64,000 nucleotides of DNA from Amoebophrya sp. A120 (GCA_905178155.1 CAJINV010000006.1:3098437-3162436); one strand, 5' to 3'. Shown: positions 35,095-48,285, counted from the first letter of the stretch. The notes: generated from the letters alone by a model not told the origin. Made by a program: numbers and translations.

Positions 35095-36642
35095 ATGCAA
35101 GAAATCGAGCGCACGCTCCAGTCCAATGTGGAGCAGGTCATCGAGCGGTTCTCCATTATGCAAGAAAAGAATTGAGTCTGAGTGTGTGTAAGTCCGTCAT
35201 GTCGCTGCATCACATCATGCAACACAGTTACGCCTGTCATGTTGGCCATCCATGAGCAGCTCTTTGTCTTGCTATAAACTTTGTCATGCTGTCACTCCCA
35301 GAGGACACCTCCTACAATCACACAATTTTTTTCTTGGATATCCATTGCCTCCGTGCCAATACAAAAGCAAGGCCTGGAATGCTCGCTGAACTGTTTCCAG
35401 AGCTTTGAGGCAAAAAACTACAAGGACATAGGAAACTGTGTGGAGAAGTGCCAAAAGCCGTTTCAGGAACTCGGGAGTGTCACGAATAAAGAGTTTCAGG
35501 GTATAGAATATTAATTTGCCAAGCAAGAATGGTACCAGAATGGGAGTCTGTCAATCATGCAAAAATCGCTTTTTAAATACAAAAAATCAAAACTCTATCA
35601 GGTCTCCAGCGGGGGGTGCAAACGTGTCAACAATCCTGCATGGACGTGATCCAGCCACAGCTCGACGCCATCAGGTCGGGGCTGCAAAAGCAACCAAGCG
35701 AGGCGGAGCAGAAATATCCTGTGCAAAAGTATCGTACTCGTATAAATGCAAGTCTTGTGTATCAGTGGGGACGGAGCCCCCGTACTGTACGGGGCCCCCA
35801 GTACAAACAGGCACCTGCAAACAAATTATGCTATTGGAAAACAACCGAAATCTGCATTTTTTATACAAACGTATGTGCCGCCAAAGGTACCCGGTCGCAC
35901 CGTACAGGGTTACCAAATACACAGGCCCGGCGGGAATCTCCGGGGGCCCCGTGATTAACAGGTCAGTTCCTTTTGTACAGGACCCAAATCTGCATGACGA
36001 CTATCTAAACGCCGCGCACTGCCACTGCGCCCGTCGTCGCTATTTCCACAGGCCTTCGTGAGCACGACGCCGCCATAGCCAAGCACGTCGCTCGCCTAGA
36101 TATTTGAAGCTATTTTGCCTTCACTGCCCCGCCCTGCTCTGCAGCGCGCGTGTGCCTACTCACATCAAGTCGCGCGCGCGCGCGCTATCCACTCACATCT
36201 TCCAGCCCTGACCTCATCTCTTTTATTTTCGCTATTTTCTATACAAATCCGTGTTCGGAGGTGCCCGGTTGCACAGGGCCGTCCGTCTTCTCTTTTCTAC
36301 AATTTCGATCTTTTTTTGTACACTTTTCGTGTTTACTCATGTACATTTTTGGTATAAGAGGGCCCGTACCGTCAGGGGTACCCGTTTGTACAGGTTCACT
36401 TGCATTACAATTTTTTTTCTTATCGTAAATCCGCATTACAAATTATATTTCTCATGCCAAGCAGGAAATTTCAATTTGTAATGCATTTATACGAGTACGA
36501 TACTTTTGCAATGTATAAGAAAGTGATGCAGGCAAATGTCGAGCAGTGCGCGTCAAAGTGCATTACCGACCACGGGATTGGCAAGTTGACCGATGTGGAA
36601 AGTAGGTTGATGGGCTACATTAAAGGGTTCAGGCTGAACTAA
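35095..36642 (+). CDS. FAM136A: FAM136A/DUF842-like CX3C protein, 149 aa
   Basis: After removing 2 introners and the GT-AG intron 35501-35601: MQEIERTLQ..CSLNC..CVEKC..CQQSC..CASKCITDH..FRLN*. Four CX3C motifs, with spacing and length typical of FAM136A. Confidence 0.85.
35157..35340. mobile_element. Introner family C
   Basis: TSD TCCAT. Confidence 0.9.
35501..35601 (+). other. Canonical GT-AG intron
   Basis: CAG G|GTATAG ... CTATCAG|GT, in frame within FAM136A. Confidence 0.75.
35715..36517. mobile_element. Introner family B with nested insert
   Basis: TSD AGAAA. Confidence 0.92.
35751..36400. mobile_element. Nested element, AGT...ACT ends, TGCA duplicated
   Basis: Splits the host AATGCATTACAA; many GTAC and GGGCCC motifs. 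Confidence 0.8.
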
Positions 36643-37595
36643 TGATACGTGTTATTTCCACGAGGAAAAATAATGACAGTCATGATGCGCACTTCAACTT
36701 CTTCAAGAGCTATACAGTTATACAGCCTATTCATGACGGAAATAGGATATACATGCAGCGACAATGAAAAAAGCGACCTAATTTATTTTCGTTCACAGGG
36801 CAGTGACGACAGAAGGAGAAGTAGAAAATGATGAGACCACAAGCGAAATGTAGGTACTCTACTACTACTTGACATTGCACGCATGAATCTCGTTCGAAGT
36901 TGTGCTAGTTTGAACCACCACTGTGTTCGACAAGTCGAAGTTCTTGCGGTGCAGCTGGCACTGCTTACAGCGTGGTCCTCGCCAAGCACAAAAATCCCTG
37001 CTGTGAAGATGTTGCACGAAACTAAGAATTATCTGTTGCGCGGCGAAAAAGATCAGTGCAGTAAGCATTTTTTGCGACCACGTCGCGGAAGTAGGATTGA
37101 ATGAATTTAGTTTATTTGGGTAAGTGTTTACGATCCTGAATTTCTTCATTAGGTTGAGGCCGACGTCTATTTCTTTGATGTCATCCTCCACCGTAAGGTA
37201 CTGGCCTTGGTCCATGCAATCAAGGAACTGGAAATGTAAGCATTATAGATGGAACCAACCGCGTCCCTCAGGACGTGTATGCGAAAATTGGGACCATGGT
37301 GAACGTTATTTTCCCACGCCCACTCGAGGCAAAAGCAAAACATAAACAAAATCAAAAAACGAATTTCCCATAGAGTAATTGTCCGTGAACAAAATAGTTG
37401 TAGAAGGCTGGTGGTACTAGCGGTTGTACCAACACCAAGTACAGCAACTCTGACGGTATAATTTACATCACGCTCCTGTTCCACTTTGACTTTAACCTCG
37501 ACGGCGAAAGAACTGCTTGTCAGCCGTTCTCTTAATTTACACAGCTGTACTCATTTTCGACAACCCTGAATCAACTTTCAAGATCAACTATCAAG

Positions 37596-40500
37596 ATGGG
37601 TCCCCGGTCTCCTGCCTCGCGCCGCGAGCGTTTCGACGTAGGAGACGTGCACAACACTCTCTCCCCTTCGTTCTTTGTCATGCAAAACCACAACTGCATT
37701 TCCATTTGCTGCCTTGTGGCACTGTTTGCATGACAAATTTGAATTTCGGAGGCGCAACCAGTACTATCTCCGGCTGATCATGAGCTTGTGATGCACCCGC
37801 TCGATGAATGCTGGTGTTTGTATTGCTGTTCATGCAAAATTACAAAGGCCGGGGAGAGGTGGGAGTTGTGCACTCTCATACGACAGCGCCGACAGCATGA
37901 AATCTGTCGTGGAAGAGGACAGCCGTCCGCCGAAGCCGAAGCCGCAGGGCTCGATTTCCCGGGCGCTGAACATATGGGGTTCTCAAACGTATACATTCTC
38001 AACTGTTACATGATTTGTCATGCAAAATTGCAATCAGAATCGACACGATCAAGCTGTCGCGCTGGCTAGCTGGCCGGGCTGTACTGATCAGGTGTGGTGG
38101 GTAGCTCCCGACTGGTTGGTACTTTTATTGAGGCGACTTGCTGTGGTAGCGCTCGGCTTTTGTATGTTGAGGTCGCCAAAAGTGCTTCCTTGCCCACCCC
38201 CCGGGGAGGGGATCCTTGACCTGTGGCGCTGGGTGCGGGTGTCCACTACATGATGATGATGAAGCTGCTTCGCATTACAAATTCTCGAAGAGCCCAACAG
38301 GCTGAGAATCTGTGCGAAATCTGTCATGCAAGACGCGCAAGGTCCCCTCTTTCACGGTTGCCGTTCTTGCATCACAAATCCATGTAACAGTTGAGGATGT
38401 AACAGTTGAGAACGCCATAGGGCACCCGCCCAGGTTTGAATCCGTTTCTGGCTGTATGTGTAGGTGAAATCAGTCATGCATGTCATTTGGTAAGTTCTTG
38501 TCTGGTCGTGAATTTGTCATGGGCACCGCACTAAGGTTTCGTGTTTGTCATGCTTCTACGCCTAATACGAATCGAGATCGACAAGATCGTGGTCGTGATT
38601 TCACATACCATACGCTGCCCAGCAGGATACGGAGGTGGCGGACCGTATCCTGAGCAAAAACGTCCCCACCTCCCCATAGTCAAAATGGGAAATCCCCTAG
38701 ACAAAATCAGCCACCTGTGGTTGTTGATGCGCATGACAAGTTTATTGGCCTCATAGTGTATAAAATCCTGTAGTTTAGCTTGTTCATCTTCAGCAGCATC
38801 ACAGATCCAGCCCGTTATGCTGAATGGAGCATTACAAATTTCAAAACCCGACTAGAAATAAGCTTTTGTAGCATGGACCTCCGCATGAGAAACATTTTGG
38901 GCATGCAGAATTGCATGACAACTATGTTGGGGACGTTTTTCCATAGGATAGACCGCCGCCGCGCGTTCATGAACAGCATCATGGACGATTCCGAGGACGA
39001 CGACTATGCATCGCCAAAGCATCTTCGTACTAGTGGAAACTGCATCACAAACTTGCTCAGCATGACAAATGGAAGTTGTCATGCTGCTTTACCGTGAGAA
39101 GGAGATTTGTCATGCAAGCATAGCTTCGATAGTACTTTTGCAATGCATAACGACGACGTGAATGTCAAATTCGCGACCGTGTTCGTGATATCCTGTGCAA
39201 AACTATCGTACTAGTAGAAATCGTAATCGAAAAATGACAGATTTCTTCAGCATGATGAGAAATGAAATTTGTAATGTCGATGTACCTTGAGGAAGAGATT
39301 TGCAATGTGTGAATGCGATTGGTAGAAGTGCGATATTTTTGCAGAGGATACGTGAAAGACAAGGACGAGAAGACCCAGGCGTACTCCTTATGCATTGCAA
39401 ATATATCTGGTTCAGGTGAAAAAATGCAAGCTCTGTCATGCTTATCTGGCATGACTGAAGAGTTTGTGATGCGTTTCCAAGAACTAGAAAAGACCTATTT
39501 GCTTGTCATGCAAAATACACGCAGTTTGTCATGCGAGAAGAGCAGCACTTCTAAAAAGCTGCGCAAATATAAATTTTTTATGTCCGGCTGTGCATTACTT
39601 ACTAGAATTACAGGGCATTTCTCACTATTCACAACCCCGCATTTTTACAAGTTTCCAGACCCAGACACATTTGTATTTGATACACCTATCCCGGCGGCAA
39701 GGTCGTGGACTCGGCTACGAAGCAGTACGGCATGTAAGCAAGAAAAAAAATGTGTATGTAAGTGTAACTTTGTGTCGCAGACGATGCAAGACAATTACGC
39801 GTGTCATGCTGGACATGTGTCTGAGGGTCTTTTCGTACGTGTTTTCACGTACCAGCTACGCATGACATGCAGAGCAAACTTGTGATGCTATTCCTCCCAG
39901 AAAGTTACACTTACGCAGTTTTTTTCTTGCATAGCATGACGAGCAAGACCACTACCACTTCGGACGAGCAAAAGGGTAGTAGTACTAAGGAACAACGCAA
40001 ACAGAAACACACCTCCTCCAAAGAGGACCACGACTACAAAGAGGATAAGGATATTACCAAAAAGAAGAAGGAAGACCGCAAAAAGCGCCTATCAAAAGGA
40101 AAAATCCCCCCTCCCCATATCAAAACGAAATTTCTGATGCTGGATTTGGATACACAGATCACATTTGTCTTGCAGCAGAGGACTGCAGGCATATGCCGAG
40201 CCTGAGGCGAGAGGTTTTGACGTAGGTGCCTAGCATGACAAACGTCTATGCTGTAGGCCCAACAGCATCACAAACCGCCTACATAGTGCGGCGGACTCTC
40301 TAGAGTTGCCCTCTTGCAAGACAAACAGGATTTGTCGTCACAGATCTACATCACAAATTTTCAGGCGCATGCGTTTTCAATACGGGGAGGGGGGATTTTT
40401 CCTTACGATAGCGCCGTGATGACCGCTCGTCGTCTGACAGCGACAAGTCCTTGCCGGAGGGCAGGCTGAAGAAGCGGGAGAAGCGGGAACGTGTATCAAA

Positions 40501-41730
40501 TGTAAAAATGTCTGGGTCTGGAAGATTGCCAGGTTTGTCATGCACATTTTGCATGACTCCTGATGTCTGTGATGCATGCCCTAGCATCACAGATTTTGTG
40601 AGGGCTTCCTGATGCCTACACCGCATGACAAATGCTCTTTCCGTGTAGCAAAACTTGGACTCTCGTTGCTGCTCATGCAATACAGATTTTTTTAGAATCC
40701 AAAATCAGCACGACAAGTTGGATTCTTCCAGACCCAGACATTTTTACAATTGATAATGTGATGAAGAATACTATAAGTCCACCTCGTCGGACCACGAGTA
40801 CCCGGGACAGCACCCGTTGGCCATGCGGGAATTAAAACGCCAACGCGAGGAAGAAGAAAAGCGGAAGCGAATGCGGAGGTCGGTACGCAATAAAAAAATT
40901 GTGTAGAGTGTAACTCTGTAATGCATAACGACGTAACACAGTATATCATTTGTCATGCTGGCCAGCAATGCGGTCCTCTTTTCATCAACATATGTGTTTT
41001 ATTCACTATCACTGATACTAGCTGTGCACCATGACAGACTTCCTCTGTGCAACATCGGAGCAAATTGAAATTTGTCATGCTGTCACACTAGCACAGCTTT
41101 TTTCTTGGATAGTGCTCCTACGACGCGCCTGCCTCGGAGGGGGACATGGAAGGAAGAGACTACCCGGGACCGCACCCATTGGCCATGCGGGAATTAAAAC
41201 GCCAACGCGAGGAAGAAGAAAAGCGGAAGCGGAAGGCGGAGTCGTCCGATCACAGCCGCGATTATGTATCCAAGAAAAAAACGTTGTTAGTGTAAATTTG
41301 TGATGCGCAACATGCAAGACGATTGCGTCTGCCATGCTTGGCATGCATCGTAGGGCCCATTTGAGGGCGTTTTCACGTAGTACTATCTGCGCGCGACAGG
41401 TTTTTGCTGTCATGCCAGACAAATTTGTAATGTTGTTCCTCCAAAAAAGTTACGCAATGTTTTTTTGTTGGATATTATGCAATGCAAATTTACCGGTTTA
41501 TGGTCTAGTACATAATACAAAATGCATCGCAAATTTGTTTGCCAACCTGAGGCACATTGATTAAAAAGACTAAGAACACTTGTCATGCTCCTGAGAATGC
41601 AGCTCTGGTGCGGTGGGACGAGATGAAAATTTGTCATGCAATGCTCTACTACGGCCTCTGTGGGAAATTTGGTTTCGATCGCGCTTCCAGTGAGGATCGG
41701 TATGCGAAGAAGAAGAACCGCAGAAACTGA
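37596..41730 (+). CDS. ~297-aa charged K/R/E/D-rich protein with an internal duplication (YPGxHPLAMRELKRQREEEEKRKR x2), 12 introners
   Basis: 4135-3241=894 nt=298 codons; all junctions in frame. Confidence 0.75.
37639..37880. mobile_element. Introner family H
   Basis: TSD CGACG/CGACA. Confidence 0.8.
37973..38419. mobile_element. Introner family F with a 205-bp insert
   Basis: TSD GAACA/GGGCA. Confidence 0.85.
38455..38612. mobile_element. Introner, E-like
   Basis: TATGTGTAGGTGAAATCA / TGATTTCACATACCATA; TSD GGCTG/CGCTG. Confidence 0.8.
38646..38950. mobile_element. Introner family D
   Basis: TSD GACCG. Confidence 0.9.
39005..39149. mobile_element. Introner family B
   Basis: TSD ACGAC. 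Confidence 0.88.
39189..39350. mobile_element. Introner family B
   Basis: TSD CGTGA. Confidence 0.9.
39389..39682. mobile_element. Introner family A
   Basis: TSD CTCCT/CACCT. Confidence 0.86.
39735..39933. mobile_element. Introner family C (TAA left end)
   Basis: TSD GCATG. Confidence 0.86.
40090..40410. mobile_element. Introner family I
   Basis: TSD GCGCC. Confidence 0.92.
40494..40755. mobile_element. Introner family A
   Basis: TSD ACGTG/ATGTG. Confidence 0.9.
40884..41111. mobile_element. Introner family C (diverged)
   Basis: Decayed TSD GTCGG/GTGCT; frame restored. Confidence 0.75.
41263..41680. mobile_element. Family J introner, outer element of a twintron
   Basis: TATG|CAATGCAAATTT ... 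GGGAAATTTGGTTTCGATC; TSD GCGAT/GCGCT. Confidence 0.75.
41267..41474. mobile_element. Family C introner nested in the TIR of the family J element
   Basis: TSD TTATG. Confidence 0.9.
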
Positions 41731-42519
41731 ACGGGTGAGGGGGATATTACAACTTCATCCTCTACATCTTCAAGGGGAAGAGCCACTACATCAAAACCTG
41801 GATTATAGGATTGTAGATGGAACAGAATCTTGTGCTACTTGTTCAAGAATGTGAGCAGTACAGCAGTTTTCGAAGAAACTTCTATGACTTTTTCAAGAAA
41901 CTACAGGTATACGAATTTATTACTTGACAACCAGGACCCACCTGCTGCTCGTGGTAGGTGAGGGTTCATCTTCTTCATGCTGTGTTTTTTTCTAAAGGCG
42001 AACGACGATTGCGAGTGGCAAGTATTTTTAAAACACCTTCTATTTATTGATTCACATCTGCGATACTGGATGCGCAAACGGAATTCAGATTCTTGAAGCC
42101 AGCATGAGCTCCTACAAATTTTGTCTTTATCCCGATAAGACAAAAAATCAAATAGACAACTTGGATGTCTATTACGACGTGGGTGCTCCCAGCACGAGCG
42201 ACTGCGTGAAAAAACAAAATGGCAGCACCTGCGCCGACGTGCGAGGTGGACGCGAAAGAGTTTCACAAGCACGTAGGCGTGGACCACGGAAAAGATTTTG
42301 ACGAGCAGCAGCTGGAACAGATGCGGAGTGTTCGATCATTTTTTTCGATGTTATTTGTCTCTACCACTGCTGGTGCACGACGAAGACGAATCCAATTTCT
42401 GCCTATGCAGCCCAAACGAGGTTCAAACTCCACAGATATAAGTAGTCTAGGCAGAGAAGATCTCTTTTCCTTTAACCACCAGGATCTGATCTTGATCACA
42501 GTGTGAGATGATGCACTCT

Positions 42520-42580
42520 AGATATTGATGACGAGGATGCGTTCCTGCTTGATATTAACGAGGATGCGTTCCTGCTTGAT
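42520..42580 (+). repeat. ~27-30-bp tandem duplication
   Basis: ACGAGGATGCGTTCCTGCTTGAT x2. Confidence 0.8.
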
Positions 42581-44350
42581 GTCAATATCCATGAGATCCA
42601 GTAGTTCAAGGTTTCAAGATGGCATGACTTGAATTGCCAGAAGCAGCTCGATAGTCGATCACGACCCTGCGCCAACGACTTTCCTTAAGTGTCTATTTAG
42701 TAGGTTCAATTTCTACAGAGAATGAAAGACAAAGAACAAGATGAAACACTAGAAAATAAAGCCTAATGCGCGATCTATCGTGGGCAAACCTCGAGCTCGA
42801 CCAGCATGTTGATCTAGTACTTACTAGGACGCTTGTTCAGTACCACCATGAAGATCTAGTTTTTTGATTAAGCTCTTATTCCACGATGGAAAAAACGCGA
42901 TGGAAATTATAGTCTCTGCGTAGTCAAGCCCCATAATATAAAGGATGCAGAAATACTAGCGCCACGACCTTCTAATGCAAGAAAAAAAACGATGAAAGCG
43001 TTTTGGATGCGACCACGCTCTATTTCTTGCAGGTTCATCAGATGCAGGCACGCAAAAAATTCACATCCCAAAAAAATGACAGACACAGGTGATTTGTAGC
43101 CATATCGGTGGTTGCAAAGCTTTTGTCCTTATTTCCTTTCTTAGGTATTTATTGAGCACGACTCGGTGGAACTACGTTCGTTGTTGTTTCATTTTTCTAG
43201 AAGGCACACTAATATCTTCACTACGATCTGGTATTTGAAACCCTAAAGCTTTACTTCTGAATACGGACTCCTTATAAATTTACAATTTACACGTTACCCC
43301 AAGAAATACGCAAGATATCTCGTCCAAGGTTGTTGTACTGTTTCTAGTGTTTCAAATTTTTCACAACTCCCAAAGTGAAAAACTGAAATTCTTCAGCTGT
43401 GGATGGATGTTTCTAAATGTATGTTTCCCTGTTCTACTTGTTGAGCTCGTCGATTGTTGATACAGATAGTTGTGATCATCTACCAATATAGAGATCGAAA
43501 CCAAACGAACGTGAAAGCAAATTTATTGTGATTAGAATTTAACCCCATAGCCATACCTCCATAGAACTGTTGTATTTTGAAAAGACAGACAGACAACGAC
43601 CTGATTTGAATCAGGAATCAATTTTCTCGACGTGTAAGATAAATTTGTTTACGATTATTTGATTTCCTAGCAGTGGACTATTGAATCTACCGTGCTTTGA
43701 TAGTCACCACTCTATTACTTTTACTACTTTTTTAAGTGTAGACCGGCCTGGGTTGTTGTGTGAAATTTCCCAGGTTCTTGTTGTACTTTGTGCTTTTTTT
43801 TTTCCACTTTACATTTACTGTTTTTCGCCAAAAAACGTAAAAAACTCTGTGACTATTTCAAGCTCGTAGGTGAAAATCAAAGAAATCACTACCATGATCA
43901 CTCTCTAATGGTTCTTGTGGTATCTTTGTTCTTACCGTGAAAAATTGAATTTGATATCGACAGAATTTGTCGATAGAACAAGCGAAGAATATTGTATTGA
44001 AACTGGAAGAAGTGTCGCACCATAGCTCATGTGTCACACTTTGTGAAACTACTTTTACTCTTCGATGATTACGATTATCTTGTGATCAGTTGGCGCACGA
44101 TAGTACACGTACACACTTTCTCACACCGCCTGTCAATTTCATCACGATGGATACTATCTGCCGCTGGTGAAAGAGAGGACAAGGACTAACACTATTAAAA
44201 AACGAAAACTATTCCCACCGAATAAAGCGAACACTTCTAAATCTAAAGAGAAAAGCGTAAATAAAACCAAAAAAGCCAGAGCATCTTCTTCTCTTACCGC
44301 TACTCGGAGAAGAAGTTGCTCTGGTTCGATCTCCAAAATTTATCGGAAAA

Positions 44351-47300
44351 ATGGACGAGAGTCTCCAGCAATTACTGGCGCAGCAGCAGCTGCGGCCCGA
44401 AGACAAAGTGGTCAAAGCTGCCCTGGCGGGGCACCACGATTACCCGATGTTGAGCAACCCTTTCCTTGAGGAGGCTGAAACAGCTGCAACCCCGACCCCG
44501 ACGGCCGGCGGCTCTGGTCACCCAATGAAGTTTGACTGTCCCTTTCTCGCACGGGCCGAGGCCGCGCGCGCGGGTGATAGTACAACAACTCAAGACGATG
44601 ATGTCGTGATGCGGATTGACAGCACGGAGCAGAGAACTTCCACGGATGATTTCCTTGAGATGAACGACATCTGCAGCAAGGCTGGTGGCCACAACCAGGA
44701 CGAAGATCACCAGCTTCTGAAAGCCGGAGACAAGCAGCTCTCCAGTACGACCGCTTGTTCGACGGATGAGTGCTGTGAAGAGTTCCTGGTGATGTCGGGA
44801 AACAAGGAAAAAACCCTGTCCCACACAACTTCCACCAGTGAATTTTTGGAGGCAGCAATTGGCGACTACATTAAGACCAAGACCGGGGAAGAAATCCAGG
44901 AACATCAAGCAAAACAAGGTGGAGGTCCAGATCAGAATATTAGTAAAATGGATCCAGCCGCTGGACAAAACGAGAAGAATAAGAACGGAGGACAAGAAGC
45001 AAAAGTGGATGGTACTAACACCACCGAAAATACCACCATCGAGGGTGGAGCAGGTGAGGCCACGACCTATCAAATGTAAAAATGTCTGGGTCTGGAAGAT
45101 TGCGAGATTTGTCATGCAGATTTTCCATGACCCATGAGGTCTGGAATGCCGGGCCTAGCATGACAGAGTCTGTGAGGTCTCTGCCATGCCTATCCCGCAT
45201 GAGAAACTACCTCCCAACTTGGTCGAAAGTGGACAGCTTTTGGCACTCATGCAACACAGATTTTTGCATTATTCGGATTTAGCATGACAAGTTTTAATCT
45301 TCCAGACCCAGACATTTTTACATTTGATACGACCACCAGCTCATTTACATTTGATACGAGGCACACAACTTCCACCAGCGAATTTTTGGAGGCAGCAATC
45401 GGCGACTACATTAAGACCTCCGGGGAAGATCTACAACAACAGGAACTACAAGCAGGAGGTGGTCCAGATCAGAATATTAAAATGGATCCAGCCGGAGCGA
45501 AGGAGAACAATAACGGAGGACAAGCAAAACCAAAAGTGGATGGTAACCTCGAAAATAGAAATACCACCATCGAGGGAGGTGAAGCCACGACCACCAGCTC
45601 TACCAGGGCGATTTCCCCGACCGGCGCCCGCCTGTACGTTGACACGGTGGAACAGGGGCAAACGCAGTGGGACGCCAGGATTGAGGCCGCCCACTGTCGG
45701 TATTCCTACTATGTGGCAGACCGGACTTCCGTTCAGGACGCCCGGAAACGGGAACGGGAATGGAAACTGGCGGAAATGAGGAAGCAGGCGGACCAGATGC
45801 GCGCCTGCTTTACACAAAAAGCGGCTTTGCCAGCGGAAAGGCATCAAGGGATAGTTTTAGGAGATCATCATGTGAGTTCATCTGAAGGAGCGGCTGCAGG
45901 AGGTTCTTGTGCACAAAAAAATGAATCCTCGTCATCCCCAAAGCGCTGCCTGGTACGGGAGGGCAGCGGCACGATATGAAATGCAAAAGCATCGTACTAG
46001 TAGAAATTGCATGACAAATTTCCTCCGCATTGAGAATGGAATTTGTAATGCGAGTTTCGGTCAAGAAGCAGATTTGTATATGCATGGCTGCAATTACTAC
46101 GAGTGCGATACTTTTGCACAGGATACACGATTAGTTTTGGCAAAGACGAGCAGGCACCCATTAAGTTTCAGGCGGTTTGGCGCAGGGATAACTCGATGGA
46201 CCTGGACAACTCGTCCCAGGTGAACAACAACGAGAAAAGTGGGAACAGTTGTCCCGGATCCGGGTCGGAGAACGTTGTTGACAGTGCGACGACCACGACC
46301 ACCACGACTGCAAAAAATGATGATGAAGATGATCATGTCAAAAAAGAGAAAGCAGAGGAGAGCACTGCTGCTGCTGCTGGTCAACATGTGGACGAGGACC
46401 TTGGTGACGAAGATCATGATAACAGCAGCAAGAAGAAGTTGAAACCGTTACAAATGCCGGCTGCGGTTTCGAAGGCAGTCCCAGCTGGTGCTCTACTTCC
46501 GGGTGGACCGAAAAAGGGCACAACTACGTCTCCGACAATCACGACCGGCAAAAGTGCAGCTCCGCAGCTTTCGCCGCCACCAGGCTCCTCTCCTGTGTTA
46601 ACACCGCCCGTGCATCAACCGGGAATGAACAATCCTGCGGGAGGGGGAGCAGCAAGAGGAGGCCCTGCTTGGCACATGATGAATAAGGGTGGTGCAGCAG
46701 GTGCACCAGCAGGACCGGCAACATCTCCTGGGTCTTCCTCTTACGGACCAGATAGCTACAACAGTAACAACATGCAGAACGCGAATGACGGCGCAACTTT
46801 TGTTCCTGGTAAAGCTGGGCCACAACATGTAGCTGCTCCCCCGACTGGTGGTCCGTACGGTTCTGGTAAGAGCAGGAATTATCCGCATGGGATGAATAAG
46901 GGACATCATCAACATCATAATGCGATGAAGGGAGGGCCAGCACCACATTATCAGCAACACCACTTCAAAGGAGGGTCATGTGCTTCATTTCATCATCCGC
47001 ACCACCAGCATCAGCAACATCACCCTCCAGGTGGGAAAGACGTGAACGCCTTAGTGTCCAGTTTTCTTAATCAGATCACCAACAACCAGGCTGGTGCAAC
47101 ATCTCCAAACAAGGGTGGTGGTGGTGCAGCAGCAGCGTCTTCTTCCATGGCCGCTCTAGATATGGGACTGATGGTCGGCGCTATGCTGCAGCAAGTGCAG
47201 CAACCCCAAATTATGCCGGAACAGCAACTGCACAAAGGATCATACGGCCGTGGCAAGATGAACAAAGCAGGTTCATACGCGATGAATCATGGTCTTGGGA

Positions 47301-48285
47301 AGCACGGACAACAGCATCACGCTGGGACGAGGTTTGGTAGCTCCTTGCACGGGGCGGGACCACAGCCGATGTACGGAAAGGGAGGACCAGGTAGTACTAC
47401 TCTCGGTTCTCCACCCGGGTCTACTTCTGCTGTGTCATCTTCCTGCGCATTGACGGATGCGTTAGTGGCGATTCAGAATGTTCTGAACAGCACCAATACT
47501 GGGACAAACAACCCGGCCAACAATTCGGTCCTGCATGACATCATGCACCAGCAGCCACAACAAGTACCGCAGCAGCACCCCAGTACAACTACCACTGGAG
47601 CCGTTTCTAGTGGTGATGAGTGGTTGTCGAATCTCGTGCAACAAATTACCGCATCAGGTGGCTGCAACACGACCTCCATCGCCGGCACTTCTAACCACGC
47701 GGGCGTAATGGAACAGCAGCAGCACAACCTGTTAGTACCCGGAATTGCTGCGAACGCGGCGGGTAGTTTAACGGGTGCAGCCGGACTGCAGCACCAGCAT
47801 GGTCGTGTTTTTCAGCAGGGCCAATCGAACACGACGCCTCCTGGTCCTGCTGGATTGGCGGGTGCGAACGGCAACTCGTGCACGAGGACGCCGTTGAACA
47901 ATTCCCGAGGAGGTGATGGGGACTCCACCGGGGGAAGCACCGCAGCACCGGCAGACATATGCGTTGCAAATACGGGTGGGTGTGGACGGATGCAAACTTG
48001 TGATGCTGTCTTTGGATTCTAAAAAAATCTGTATTGCATGAGCTGCAAAGCAAATAAAGGAGTAGCCCAGTTTTTGCTACGCCAAATAAGGGGCATTTTT
48101 CATGCGGGATTGGCATCAAGAAGCCCGCAAAATAAACTCTGTGATGCTATGGCATACATCACAGACAGAGACAACATGGCTCATGCAAAACGTGCATGAC
48201 AAAGTTGCAATTAGCATCCAGCCCGCCCAGACATGTTTGGACTCAATAAGACGATTGGTTTAACGATTTGATCGGGGGACAGTAG
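44351..48285 (+). CDS. ~1071-aa low-complexity G/H/Q/P-rich protein, 3 introners
   Basis: ORFs 44351, 45284 and 46103 join in frame; ends WFNDLIGGQ*. Confidence 0.75.
45068..45329. mobile_element. Introner family A
   Basis: TSD CGACC; empty site in the paralogous copy at 45581-45600. Confidence 0.95.
45975..46125. mobile_element. Introner family B
   Basis: TSD CACGA. Confidence 0.92.
47958..48248. mobile_element. Degenerate family A introner
   Basis: TSD AGACA/AGACG. Confidence 0.78.

Noticed and set aside
43090-43115. GTAGCCAT as a dinoflagellate spliced-leader relic
   Set aside because: Only 8 nt match; the TTTTGGCTCAAG part is absent.
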